Source: Candidatus Kerfeldbacteria bacterium
GTDB taxonomy: Bacteria > Patescibacteriota > Patescibacteriia > UBA9570 > XYC2-FULL-38-9
Assembly: GCA_016182555.1 (NCBI GenBank)
Contig: JACPGJ010000007.1
Location: 128,053 to 192,052 of the forward strand
Direction of reading: 5' to 3'
DNA: 64,000 nucleotides
Each line of letters starts with the position of its first letter. The stretch's first letter is position 1. Position numbers and translations under genes: made by a program. Below, in pieces: positions 1 through 9,332 of the stretch. The notes under the pieces were generated by a model. That model ran no database searches, had not been told where the DNA came from, and was given only the letters and a program-made list of their open reading frames with translations.

Positions 1-178
1 GCTGAGTCTTTGCTGTTTTCTTTTTAGTGGATTTCGCGGTGCGGTGTGCTGTCGGTTTTGCTTTGCGAATCCGTGAAGCAGAAGAACGCCTCTTTTTTGT
101 AGCGATTTTCTTCTTTTTTTTCTGCGGTTGTGGGCGCGATGATTGTTTCTTTCGTTTGGACGGTTGCTTTTTTGCCAT
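1..178 (-). CDS. 5' part of a CDS running off the left edge; Lys/Arg-rich N-terminus, probably RNA polymerase sigma factor RpoD
   Basis: ATG at 178 opens MAKKQPSKRKKQSSRPQPQKKKKKIATKKRRSS... with no stop before position 1. It lies directly downstream of dnaG, matching the conserved dnaG-rpoD order. No sigma domain is visible, so the identity rests on synteny only. Confidence 0.5.
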   Translation of the reverse strand, partial: MAKKQPSKRKKQSSRPQPQKKKKKIATKKRRSSASRIRKAKPTAHRTAKSTKKKTAKTQ

Positions 179-205
179 AGTGAAACATTAAATAAAAGTC
201 AGGTC

Positions 206-2026
206 CTAACCTAAACTTCGTAAAGCGTTTGTGAGTTCAGCAAAATCTTGGCTCAGTTTTTCAATCGTGACAACATCATGGGTTTTTTCGGCCTGTTGTA
301 AATCGCGCCCTAAGCGCGTAAGCCGCCGTTTGATATCCGATCGTTTCACCTGATCCAAAAGTTTGCGTAGTTCTTCTGCACGTTGTTGCGCAGTATTGTG
401 TATGTATTCTTCTTCTCCAATAAGCTGGAGTTCTTGCCATTTTGCAGCAAGTGCTACATTGCCATCGTTATGAAAATCAATGGCTTGTGGCTGCAATGAC
501 CCATGTTGATTATAAAATAACTCCAGAGATTTGTACAGTGCCTGTAGCAAAGAGTCTTGAATCAATTCTGATTCTTGGGGAATGACCGCTCGCACTTCTG
601 AAAAACCTTCCGGGTAAAGGGTAAGCAGAGCGAGTATACGGTCGAAAAGAACAAAATCTCGAGATGGACGACCAATCATTTTTCCACGCTCGCCTACCGC
701 ATTCCCCGCTTGAACCGATGCGGTTTTTTGGCGTTGGGCACTAGATCGCGGTTGTGGTTTCAATTTTAAGCGTTGCAAAATCAATTCATCATTCACCTCT
801 AATATGTTCGCCAGGAGTTTCACATAATGCGTTTGTTCAATTGGATCGGGGAAAAGAGCAATCATCGGCAGAAGTTCCGCTGCTGCTTTTTTCTTATGGT
901 GTACGTTGGTCAGGTCCAACGGAGCGAGGATCGTATCAAACGCATAATCCATAAATGGCTTCGCTTCGATGGCGCGTTTACGAAACTCTTGCGGATCTTG
1001 TCGAATCAAATCATCGGGGTCTAAGCCCGCGGGTAGGGCCAATACTTTAATATTCATCCCCTGCTGTATCGCAATTTGCATACCGCGCCAGGCGGCATGC
1101 AAACCCGCAGTATCGGCATCAAAGGCGAGAATAATATTTGAGGAATACCGTTTGAGCAAACGAATTTGTTCTTCCGTGAGTGCCGTTCCAGAAGCGGCCA
1201 CCACATTCCGAAATTTGGCTTGATGCGCGGCAATCACATCCATATATCCTTCCACCACCACAGCAGCATCCATCCGTTGAATCGCTTGTTTCGCCAAGTG
1301 TAGTCCGTAGAGCACGGCACTTTTATTATATACGGCGGTCTGCGGAGAATTGATATACTTCGCTTCTTTTGGATGTGCTTCCAAAGTGCGTGCACCGAAA
1401 CCAATGACATTTCCATGGGCATTATGAATGGGAAACATAACGCGACCTCGAAAACGATCATACCACCCACCAGTTTTTGGCGAACGAATGCTCAAGCCCG
1501 CCTTTTCAATTTCTGTATCGGTAAACCCAGCTTTTTTCAATGTCTGCAACAACGCGTCCCAAGAATCCAGGCTATACCCTAATTGAAACAATGTGGCCGT
1601 TTCTTCCGTTACACCCCGATCAGCAATATAGCGGCGAACGTGCTCTGCTTCTGTGCGTTGTGCAAAGGTGGTAGAAAAAAATTCAGCCGCTTTGCTCAAA
1701 CAATCCAGTAATCGTGTACGTTCATTATGTTCACGTGGGTTGCTTCCGCGTAATTCCACATTCGCTTTTTGGGCCAACATGCGAAGCGCTTCTGGAAATT
1801 CCACTTGCTCCATTTCTTGCACAAACGTAAACAGATCTCCTCCTTTCTGACATCCAAAACAATGAAAAAATTGTTTTGGTTCGGACACGGTAAAACTAGG
1901 CGTTTTTTCGTTGTGAAACGGACAATTCGCTTTATAGTTGACGCCCGCTTTTTTGAGCGGAATATATTCTTGAATCAGCTCAACAATATTAAGCCGATCT
2001 TTAATTTCTTGCACCGGATCTGCCAT
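206..2026 (-). CDS. dnaG: DNA primase
   Basis: CHC2 zinc finger (CPFHNEKTPSF...CFGC), DRFRGRVMFPI, KYINSPQT, TOPRIM motifs (VVVEGYMDVI, AFDADTAG). Start moved to ATG 2026 (MADPVQE), 7 nt after a -10 box. Confidence 0.97.
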   Translation of the reverse strand: MADPVQEIKDRLNIVELIQEYIPLKKAGVNYKANCPFHNEKTPSFTVSEPKQFFHCFGCQKGGDLFTFVQEMEQVEFPEALRMLAQKANVELRGSNPREHNERTRLLDCLSKAAEFFSTTFAQRTEAEHVRRYIADRGVTEETATLFQLGYSLDSWDALLQTLKKAGFTDTEIEKAGLSIRSPKTGGWYDRFRGRVMFPIHNAHGNVIGFGARTLEAHPKEAKYINSPQTAVYNKSAVLYGLHLAKQAIQRMDAAVVVEGYMDVIAAHQAKFRNVVAASGTALTEEQIRLLKRYSSNIILAFDADTAGLHAAWRGMQIAIQQGMNIKVLALPAGLDPDDLIRQDPQEFRKRAIEAKPFMDYAFDTILAPLDLTNVHHKKKAAAELLPMIALFPDPIEQTHYVKLLANILEVNDELILQRLKLKPQPRSSAQRQKTASVQAGNAVGERGKMIGRPSRDFVLFDRILALLTLYPEGFSEVRAVIPQESELIQDSLLQALYKSLELFYNQHGSLQPQAIDFHNDGNVALAAKWQELQLIGEEEYIHNTAQQRAEELRKLLDQVKRSDIKRRLTRLGRDLQQAEKTHDVVTIEKLSQDFAELTNALRSLG

Positions 2027-2033
2027 ATCGTTG

Positions 2034-2062
2034 ACTCTACCCAATGCCGCGTGCTTTGACAA
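2034..2062 (-). promoter_or_regulatory. Putative sigma70 promoter giving a leaderless dnaG mRNA
   Basis: Minus strand TTGTCA-17 nt-TAGAGT-7 nt-ATG. Confidence 0.5.
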
Positions 2063-2082
2063 GCTAATGATCTCTGGCGGCT

Positions 2083-3978
2083 TTATGGAAGCAAGCGAAT
2101 ATTGCGGATAGAAGTATCATTTTTGAACTGAGTCGAAAATTGGAATTGAATCGTACGGATATGATCGCTCACTACCCAGTTTGGATACGCGCAGAGATCT
2201 AAATGATTGGTCTTGCGAATATCATTGATACGAATTGTATGAAAAGCAAGCGGCGAGGTTTCTTTTCCAACTGTCCAGGTCATGGTGAGTGGTATCGGTT
2301 GTTCTCCTTGCGGCAAGTGTTCAATAGTCAATTCGATGGAATGAAAATCACTCGGGCGAGCATTCGGGGGGAGTTCGATTGTCGGTGTAGCCACTGCATA
2401 GTTCAGTGAACTGGTTCCTTTCTGGCTCCACTGTTCCACCACATCATTGCGCAGCACAAATTGATCTTTCTTCCATTGCACGAGCGATGTATTGGTTAAA
2501 TCTCCACTACAAAATGGTGAATCCGCTACCGGCAGAGTGCCCACCGACTGAATAGATAGGTTGGTATTTTTATACTGTTCTTTCACTGCTTGGCCGAAAC
2601 TATAATAATCATGAAAAATATATGCGCCATCGATTTCACCTGGAATAGCATGAACATAGACGGTTTGTGGAATCGAGGTTGCAACGAATTCTGGATACTG
2701 AACACCAAATGTGTTCAGTATCTGCGTTGTTCTTTCAGAAGCTGCTTGCCATGGAGCCGCGTTGATCACAGTTGCAAAACCAGCAATAAACACAATTGCG
2801 GTCATAGACAAGCGGAAAAACAATGTGGGTTTGCGTGTTGCCTGTTCCTGGTACGAAATGAACCATGCGACTAATAACACCACACCTATTGACGGTGCAT
2901 AGAGAAAACGAATGTGCTTAAGATCAGTGGTAATATTCGGCAGCAAGAACAACACTGGCCAGAGATAGCAAAAGAACATACCCAACGCAAACAGTATACC
3001 GCGCCAAAATTTCCATTCTCGCAAATGACGATAATTCGATCCAAACAATACCAGGAGAAATACCGCGCTGATATATTGGTGCCACGGTGACCAAATATTG
3101 TACAACTGCGGCCATTCTTCTTTTAGCGTGCTGCTATTAAACAGATGCGAAAACAATAAAAAAATATGCGATAAATCCGCAATACTGGGCAAAAGAGTGA
3201 AGCTATCCACCACGCGCGCATCTTGCGCAACCACATTGCCCAAAACCGCAATACGGAGACCAATAAACAGAGCAGTCGCGCCAGCATAGAGCACATACAC
3301 CCACCAACGGCGCCGCATCAGTTCACGAATATGTCCCTCACTGATAAACAGGATATCCATCAGGAAAATAATCGCTGGAGTCACGATACTGAATTCCTTA
3401 AAAAATAACGACAAGAAAAATACCATAATCGAAGCCAAGTACCACCACTGCATACTCCTGCCAGCGCCCTGGCTCTGTGCGTGCAAAAAAAACCATACGG
3501 CAAGGAGCGACGCAATCAACGCCAATGAGTCTGTTCGTCCAGAAACCCACAAAATCGTTTCATGATGCAGTGGAAAAATAAAAAAGAGTAATGCCGTCGT
3601 CACCGCCAACCGTTCATTGAACAATTTTTTTATCATCACCCACACCAACCACGTCGTGAAAAAAAAGAGCAAAACATTGACGAGATGATATGACAACGGA
3701 TGCGCACCAAACACCATATAATGTAATACCCACGATAGATCAGAAAGAGGTCGCCACGCAAATGCCGTTAAATATGGATGGAGGACATAACCAATAGGGT
3801 GGCTCTGTCGCTCCATTTCATACAGATACCGCCAATCATCTCCCAAAAAGGTCAACCGCGAAGCCAGAACCACATACCACCCACCAAACACAATAAAAAC
3901 CAAAGACACATACGGGTAGCGGCCGCCAAACTGCTTGAAACGTTCATACCATAAACGAAAAATGGAAAAGCGATGCAT
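2083..3978 (-). CDS. Multi-pass membrane GT-C fold glycosyltransferase (PMT/TMTC-like)
   Basis: FLGDDW after TM1, WRPLS, YHLVNVLL, PLHHETILWVSGR, FKEFS, RFLYAP; about 12 hydrophobic segments plus a soluble C-terminal domain. Confidence 0.75.
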   Translation of the reverse strand: MHRFSIFRLWYERFKQFGGRYPYVSLVFIVFGGWYVVLASRLTFLGDDWRYLYEMERQSHPIGYVLHPYLTAFAWRPLSDLSWVLHYMVFGAHPLSYHLVNVLLFFFTTWLVWVMIKKLFNERLAVTTALLFFIFPLHHETILWVSGRTDSLALIASLLAVWFFLHAQSQGAGRSMQWWYLASIMVFFLSLFFKEFSIVTPAIIFLMDILFISEGHIRELMRRRWWVYVLYAGATALFIGLRIAVLGNVVAQDARVVDSFTLLPSIADLSHIFLLFSHLFNSSTLKEEWPQLYNIWSPWHQYISAVFLLVLFGSNYRHLREWKFWRGILFALGMFFCYLWPVLFLLPNITTDLKHIRFLYAPSIGVVLLVAWFISYQEQATRKPTLFFRLSMTAIVFIAGFATVINAAPWQAASERTTQILNTFGVQYPEFVATSIPQTVYVHAIPGEIDGAYIFHDYYSFGQAVKEQYKNTNLSIQSVGTLPVADSPFCSGDLTNTSLVQWKKDQFVLRNDVVEQWSQKGTSSLNYAVATPTIELPPNARPSDFHSIELTIEHLPQGEQPIPLTMTWTVGKETSPLAFHTIRINDIRKTNHLDLCAYPNWVVSDHIRTIQFQFSTQFKNDTSIRNIRLLP

Positions 3979-3995
3979 GATAATAGTATTCGAAA

Positions 3996-6440
3996 TTATC
4001 TACACTGAGTCAGATCTGTAGAAGTTTTGAGAACACCAGCACTACTGATATATACACAATACAGTGTGCGAGGATCCGTCGCAGAAGCTGCATACATCAG
4101 TATACCTGTTGTTGCACGCGGCGCCCCATACTGGCCAAACCCAGAGCCACTATACATTTTTAATATTTCGTAGCTTGACGCACTCACGTCTGCTGTCGGT
4201 AACCAAAAATAACTTCCATCATAAATCAACCCATACAGTTTGCCGGATGATGAAAAATATTCACCGGTCAATGCGTCATTCGCTATACTGTAGGCTTGAA
4301 TACTCGATGTTCCTGAATTTCCAGAAGGCGATTGTCCAATCCAAATTTTTGAACCATCAAACACAAGAAACTGAGGAACGTCTGCAATAGCACTCGCAAT
4401 GGAAAGAAAAAATGTTGTGCGTGAATCTGCCAAATCATACCGTACCAGTGAACCGTCTGAAATAGCAAACCAAAGAAAACGGCCATCATACACAATATTG
4501 CTGGTAATATCATCAATCAATACCGTGGCTGTCGTGACCGCACTCCCACTTGGAGTCAACTGAAGTAAATCTCCATTCACCACCGTCCATACCACCCCAT
4601 CTTTATACAATAATGCGCTCAAGGTTCCACTGGAATTATCATAAACGGTTGTTGCGGTTGATGAGGAAATAGAAAATTTCGATACACGTGCAGGGGAAGT
4701 TCTCCCTAACCAAATAGTATCTGCCCCATCGTATGTGGCAAAATCAATATCTCCAACACTCAATGTGCCAACGGTCGAGGGGGTAGTCGCTACAGGAAAC
4801 GTTTGAAATTTACTCCCCGTGCCAAAAGCATATACTGTACTGTTTGCTAATATCATGGTTCGTGCAGCGATCGTTGTACTAACCGTAGCCGTATAATTCG
4901 TTAATGGATTCATACGCATAATTTTGGAAGTATCAGTAAACGCTAACCACAGCTCTGAACCATCATACAGAGCAAACTTGGGGCTAGAAGCAACGGAAAT
5001 GCGACGATCTAAATGAAAACCCGTAGAACCATACACTCCATTTTCTGAGTTTTCGTTTGCATAAAACTGACCACCTAAAAACACCCCATGATTCTCTATC
5101 GTGGCTGGTTGAATAATATCAATCGCCCGCCGAGATGCTCCTCCGGTGACATCAATGCTCACCCCCGTACCGCTCACTGAAGAAAGAGACAACGTGGGCT
5201 GTGTGCTGGCAGAAGTGCTGAATGCCGCCGCCGTTCCAGACACCGAACTGGCGCTCAATGCTGTATTACTACCGGGCGCAACAGCAGAAATGACGGTACC
5301 ACTGGTTGATGTTGCATAGATAGCGTTATCAGTACTACTACTAGCATAAATAGCTGGGTCAGTTTCAGAATAAGCAAACACTCCGTTTCCTTGATATGTT
5401 TCCGCATCAATGGCTGTGCCGTCAGCTGCATTTTGTACGGTTAAACCATTCAGCACATGAACACGCACACCATAGCCAAGTGTATCCGATGTACTGGTAT
5501 TCTCAATATATGCGACTGCACTCTGTGATCCACCTCCAGAAGCACTCACATAGAGTAAACCATGAAACAAACCCGAATAATTTGAACCACCAAAATACGC
5601 ACAATTCACCGCACCTTGGTTGCATAATGCTGCGCCATAATAGGCAGCGGAAATCGCGTTTGCATATAAAGCATAATTGTTGGAACTTTCTGCAACCACT
5701 CCATTACCCGACTCCCCTTTGCCATAAATCCCTGCACTCTGTGCGGAGGTATTTGAGCTATATCCTAAAATGCCGTACGTTCCTGCAGAAGCGGCAATCA
5801 ACGCCTCACCAGTCGACGTTGTCCATCCTCCTGGATCAGTAATCGCATCAACGTCAATATCATCTATACTAATGGCTATCCCCTCGCCCGCGCCAGTATT
5901 CTCTACTTCTAGCGCAGCACCTACGGTTTGACTGGTAAATACCCCAGCAGCATAATTATTTGATAACGCATGAATCCCCCAATCTTCTCCATACAGATCC
6001 AAACCTTGGAGTGCATCTACCGTCATACCCGTAGCTGGAGAAATGACATGCAAACCGTTACCATTGTTGCTCTCCACATAGAGCGCAACACCAGTACCGC
6101 TATAATGCAAATCTATTCCGTATGCCGCATTGGTATCAAGAACCAAGGACCCATCACCACCCAATATAGTACTGAGTTCCAATTGCCCGGCACGAAGGGT
6201 ATTCTGAATATTGAGTATACCAAGCTTGGTTTGTTCAACATCTGCCACATTCAAGGGAGCGGCCACTAAACAACTCGGCGCCGTGGGGTCCACATCTGGG
6301 TTACATGATGGTGGATTCCAGGCTGCAATCACCGTTTGCGGTAAAGCAGAGATACACAAAAAAACGCTCGCAATGAACGCAAGAATAGATCTATTTCCTA
6401 ATAGAAATACCTCTTTCATTGTATTGACATGAGTACTCAA
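3996..6440 (-). CDS. Secreted/surface fibre-like protein with beta-helix-like G/A/S repeats and a C-terminal beta-propeller
   Basis: N-terminal signal/TM segment, PLNVADVEQTKLGILNI motif, repeats such as GIYGKGESGNGVVAES and AIYASS, then repeated (Y/F)DGxx(I/L)W blades. Confidence 0.55.
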   Translation of the reverse strand: MSTHVNTMKEVFLLGNRSILAFIASVFLCISALPQTVIAAWNPPSCNPDVDPTAPSCLVAAPLNVADVEQTKLGILNIQNTLRAGQLELSTILGGDGSLVLDTNAAYGIDLHYSGTGVALYVESNNGNGLHVISPATGMTVDALQGLDLYGEDWGIHALSNNYAAGVFTSQTVGAALEVENTGAGEGIAISIDDIDVDAITDPGGWTTSTGEALIAASAGTYGILGYSSNTSAQSAGIYGKGESGNGVVAESSNNYALYANAISAAYYGAALCNQGAVNCAYFGGSNYSGLFHGLLYVSASGGGSQSAVAYIENTSTSDTLGYGVRVHVLNGLTVQNAADGTAIDAETYQGNGVFAYSETDPAIYASSSTDNAIYATSTSGTVISAVAPGSNTALSASSVSGTAAAFSTSASTQPTLSLSSVSGTGVSIDVTGGASRRAIDIIQPATIENHGVFLGGQFYANENSENGVYGSTGFHLDRRISVASSPKFALYDGSELWLAFTDTSKIMRMNPLTNYTATVSTTIAARTMILANSTVYAFGTGSKFQTFPVATTPSTVGTLSVGDIDFATYDGADTIWLGRTSPARVSKFSISSSTATTVYDNSSGTLSALLYKDGVVWTVVNGDLLQLTPSGSAVTTATVLIDDITSNIVYDGRFLWFAISDGSLVRYDLADSRTTFFLSIASAIADVPQFLVFDGSKIWIGQSPSGNSGTSSIQAYSIANDALTGEYFSSSGKLYGLIYDGSYFWLPTADVSASSYEILKMYSGSGFGQYGAPRATTGILMYAASATDPRTLYCVYISSAGVLKTSTDLTQCR

Positions 6441-6483
6441 TAATTATATAATATCGACACTGAACCGGCAACTGTTCTCTTGC

Positions 6484-7005
6484 ATGAATACGTCAAGGAG
6501 TACAACCAAGATGCAAAAACACCATACAATTATTTTGTTCACCTCGTTTGGCGCTTCTCTTCTCTCCATAATCTTGATCGCGATGCTCGTCTATCTGGTG
6601 CTCGCCAGCAAAATCGTTAATGGCAAACTCATCTCTCGACCCATTGAACAGACGAACTCTACGCAAACAAGCACAGAAGAGCATACCAATACGTCCACAA
6701 GCGATGAACAGGAATATCTCTTTTCTGGTGTTGTTTCAGAAACCGGTGAACGCACATATCGCATCAACACACCGCTGTCCGCTAGCACAGAACGGGTCTC
6801 TATAGAGGTGAGCTATTCTGAACAGACCCTATTTTCCGCCATTGACACCACACACCCACCGCTCCCTGGTTCATCCACCAGCGCTGTGAGCGCAACCAGT
6901 GCTGATGCCATTCACGTGGGCGATACGGTTGAAGTGATGACCAATATACGCATCACAACAGAAACCGTTTCAGTGGCCGCAAAAGAGATACATCAATTAC
7001 AATAA
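6484..7005 (+). CDS. Hypothetical single-pass membrane protein
   Basis: N-terminal TM helix, Thr/Ser linker, OB-like C-terminus (IHVGDTVEV); co-directional with lemA. The true start may be Met10 (MQKHH). Confidence 0.6.
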   Translation: MNTSRSTTKMQKHHTIILFTSFGASLLSIILIAMLVYLVLASKIVNGKLISRPIEQTNSTQTSTEEHTNTSTSDEQEYLFSGVVSETGERTYRINTPLSASTERVSIEVSYSEQTLFSAIDTTHPPLPGSSTSAVSATSADAIHVGDTVEVMTNIRITTETVSVAAKEIHQLQ

Positions 7006-7025
7006 TTCATTATTAAATCAACGAT

Positions 7026-7586
7026 ATGACTACATGGATCATTCTAGGAGGAATTGTGCTCATTGTGTTCTGGATCATTGGAACCTATAACAGCTTGGTA
7101 AAATTACGCACGCAAGCAGAAGAAGGCTGGTCGGATATTGACGTACAACTGAAACGTCGTTACGACTTGATTCCAAATTTGATTGAAACCGTGAAAGGAT
7201 ACGCCGCACATGAAAAAGAAGTATTTCAAAAAGTGACCGAAGCGCGGGCAAACGCGATGCGCGCAGAAAGCGGCGGAAATGCGAAAGAATTGTTGGCGGC
7301 AGAAAATATGCTCAGCAGCACATTAAAATCGTTATTTGCAGTTTCAGAAAACTATCCGCAACTGAAAGCCGACCAAAATTTTGCAAAACTGCAAGATGAA
7401 CTTGCTGATACCGAAAATAAAATTCAAGCATCTCGCCGTTTCTACAATGGTACGGTACGGGATTTGAATACCAAAATTGATACCTTCCCAACAAAATTGA
7501 TTGCTTCCCCGTTTGGATTTGCGAAACGTGAATTCTTCGAAGTGGAAAATGAAGCAGAACGCGCTACACCACAAGTGAAATTTTAA
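7026..7586 (+). CDS. lemA: LemA family protein
   Basis: N-terminal [38 protein letters not shown]; adjacent to htpX. Confidence 0.95.
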   Translation: MTTWIILGGIVLIVFWIIGTYNSLVKLRTQAEEGWSDIDVQLKRRYDLIPNLIETVKGYAAHEKEVFQKVTEARANAMRAESGGNAKELLAAENMLSSTLKSLFAVSENYPQLKADQNFAKLQDELADTENKIQASRRFYNGTVRDLNTKIDTFPTKLIASPFGFAKREFFEVENEAERATPQVKF

Positions 7587-7598
7587 CTACACTCATCC

Positions 7599-8519
7599 AT
7601 GGCAGTAACCGCCTATCAACAAATTAGCGCAAATAAACGCCGAAGTATTGGCTTAATCCTGGTCTTTGTGGTTTTTGTTTGTGTCGTCGGGTATTTCTTC
7701 GGTGAATATTATGGTACCGGTGGATATACTGGGTTATATATCGCGGCTCTAATCTCCTTCTTTATGACCCTCACCAGCATCTTCGCGGGCGACAAATTAG
7801 CACTCGCTTCCTCTGGTGCACAGGAAATTCAAAAAGAAGATAACCCCTACGTGTGGCGCTTGGTCGAAAATGTCGCCATGACTGCCGGTCTCCCTATGCC
7901 ACGCGTCTATATTATTCCAGACAACGGCATGAATGCTTTCGCCACCGGCCGCAACCCGGAACACGCTTCTATTGCACTAACTGCCGGCATTATTGATGCG
8001 CTCGAAAATGAAGAACTAGAGGCGGTGATTGCCCATGAACTCTCGCATATTAAAAACTATGATACTCGACTGCTCATGATCGTTGTTGTGTTGGTCGGTA
8101 TCATTTCGCTATTATCGAATTGGGTATTGCGTTCTCAATTATGGGGTGGTGACCGCAGACGCAACAACAATAATCGAGGAGGCGGCCAACTTGAACTGAT
8201 TCTTGCTCTAGTTGGCATTGTATTTATTATTCTCTCTCCTATTATTGCTGAGCTCATTAAACTAGCGATATCACGCAAACGGGAATACCTCGCAGATGCT
8301 TCAGCCGTATTGCTCACTCGCTATGCTCAAGGGTTGGCTAGTGCTTTGGAAAAAATTGCCGCACAAGAAGATCATGGTCGATTACAACGAGCAAACCAAG
8401 CCACGGCCCATCTCTTTTTTGTGAATCCCTTTGGTGGTACGCGGAAGTGGCTCACCAATGTGTTCTCTACACACCCACCGATTGAAGATCGCATTGCTCG
8501 CTTGCGGCAAATGAGTTAA
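7599..8519 (+). CDS. htpX: HtpX-like M48 zinc metalloprotease
   Basis: NAFATGRNP, AHELSH (HExxH), SRKREYLADA, STHPPIEDRI. Confidence 0.95.
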   Translation: MAVTAYQQISANKRRSIGLILVFVVFVCVVGYFFGEYYGTGGYTGLYIAALISFFMTLTSIFAGDKLALASSGAQEIQKEDNPYVWRLVENVAMTAGLPMPRVYIIPDNGMNAFATGRNPEHASIALTAGIIDALENEELEAVIAHELSHIKNYDTRLLMIVVVLVGIISLLSNWVLRSQLWGGDRRRNNNNRGGGQLELILALVGIVFIILSPIIAELIKLAISRKREYLADASAVLLTRYAQGLASALEKIAAQEDHGRLQRANQATAHLFFVNPFGGTRKWLTNVFSTHPPIEDRIARLRQMS

Positions 8520-8555
8520 TATAGATAACAGAAATCACTCTCTCGTCTATATGCT

Positions 8556-9332
8556 ATGACAAAAACAAACATTCACCGCGAAGTCATTGCCGTAAGCAAA
8601 AGTTACCACGATACCGTTGCGCTCTATGGCCGTTCATTTTTTCGTTTTATGGGCATTGCGTTTATTCCCACAGCCCTCACCTTTGTGCTCATTAATGCCT
8701 TCACCCTGTTTGCCCTCACCACTTACGCTTCCGGACGCATGGCCTATTTTATTGCAACCATGCTCGTGATTGTCACGATTATCCTCATTCAAGTTTGGGC
8801 ATTTATTGCACTCATTTATATTTCACTTCATCATGAAACCAGTACAGTTGCGGAATCGTTTCATCATGCCCTCCATTTCTTTTGGCGCTTTGTGAAACTG
8901 GGGCTTGCCGTTTCTGGTATTTTCTTTCTATCATTCCTGGCTGGATATATCGTCGTCGGCATCATTGGTATTATTCTCGGCCATTTTTCTTTGTCTGTGT
9001 TGAATAGTACTTTTGATTGGCTCACTCTTATTCCCCTTGGAGTCAGTGCCGTGGTATCGACATATTATCTCTTTGCACCATTTAGTATTATCGATACTCA
9101 TGCCGGAACCATAGCGGCATTGAAACACAGCAGACATTTGGTTCGTGGACATTTTTGGCCTACGGCTATTCGTGTTGTCCTGCTCTATGTCGTCGTTGGT
9201 ATGTTCACCTACGCGTTCCAATATGTACCGGCTGTCGGTAGTATCCTCTCTCTCTTGCTTGTTAGCCCATTTTCTGTTATTTATCTCTCTGTCTTGTATC
9301 GCGAACTGACTGTATCGAAACCGCTCTCATGA
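8556..9332 (+). CDS. Hypothetical multi-pass membrane protein (GDPD membrane-anchor-like)
   Basis: About 6 TM helices; ALKHSRHLVRGHFW resembles the S..L.KG.FW motif of this family; overlaps the clpC start by 4 nt. Confidence 0.6.
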   Translation: MTKTNIHREVIAVSKSYHDTVALYGRSFFRFMGIAFIPTALTFVLINAFTLFALTTYASGRMAYFIATMLVIVTIILIQVWAFIALIYISLHHETSTVAESFHHALHFFWRFVKLGLAVSGIFFLSFLAGYIVVGIIGIILGHFSLSVLNSTFDWLTLIPLGVSAVVSTYYLFAPFSIIDTHAGTIAALKHSRHLVRGHFWPTAIRVVLLYVVVGMFTYAFQYVPAVGSILSLLLVSPFSVIYLSVLYRELTVSKPLS

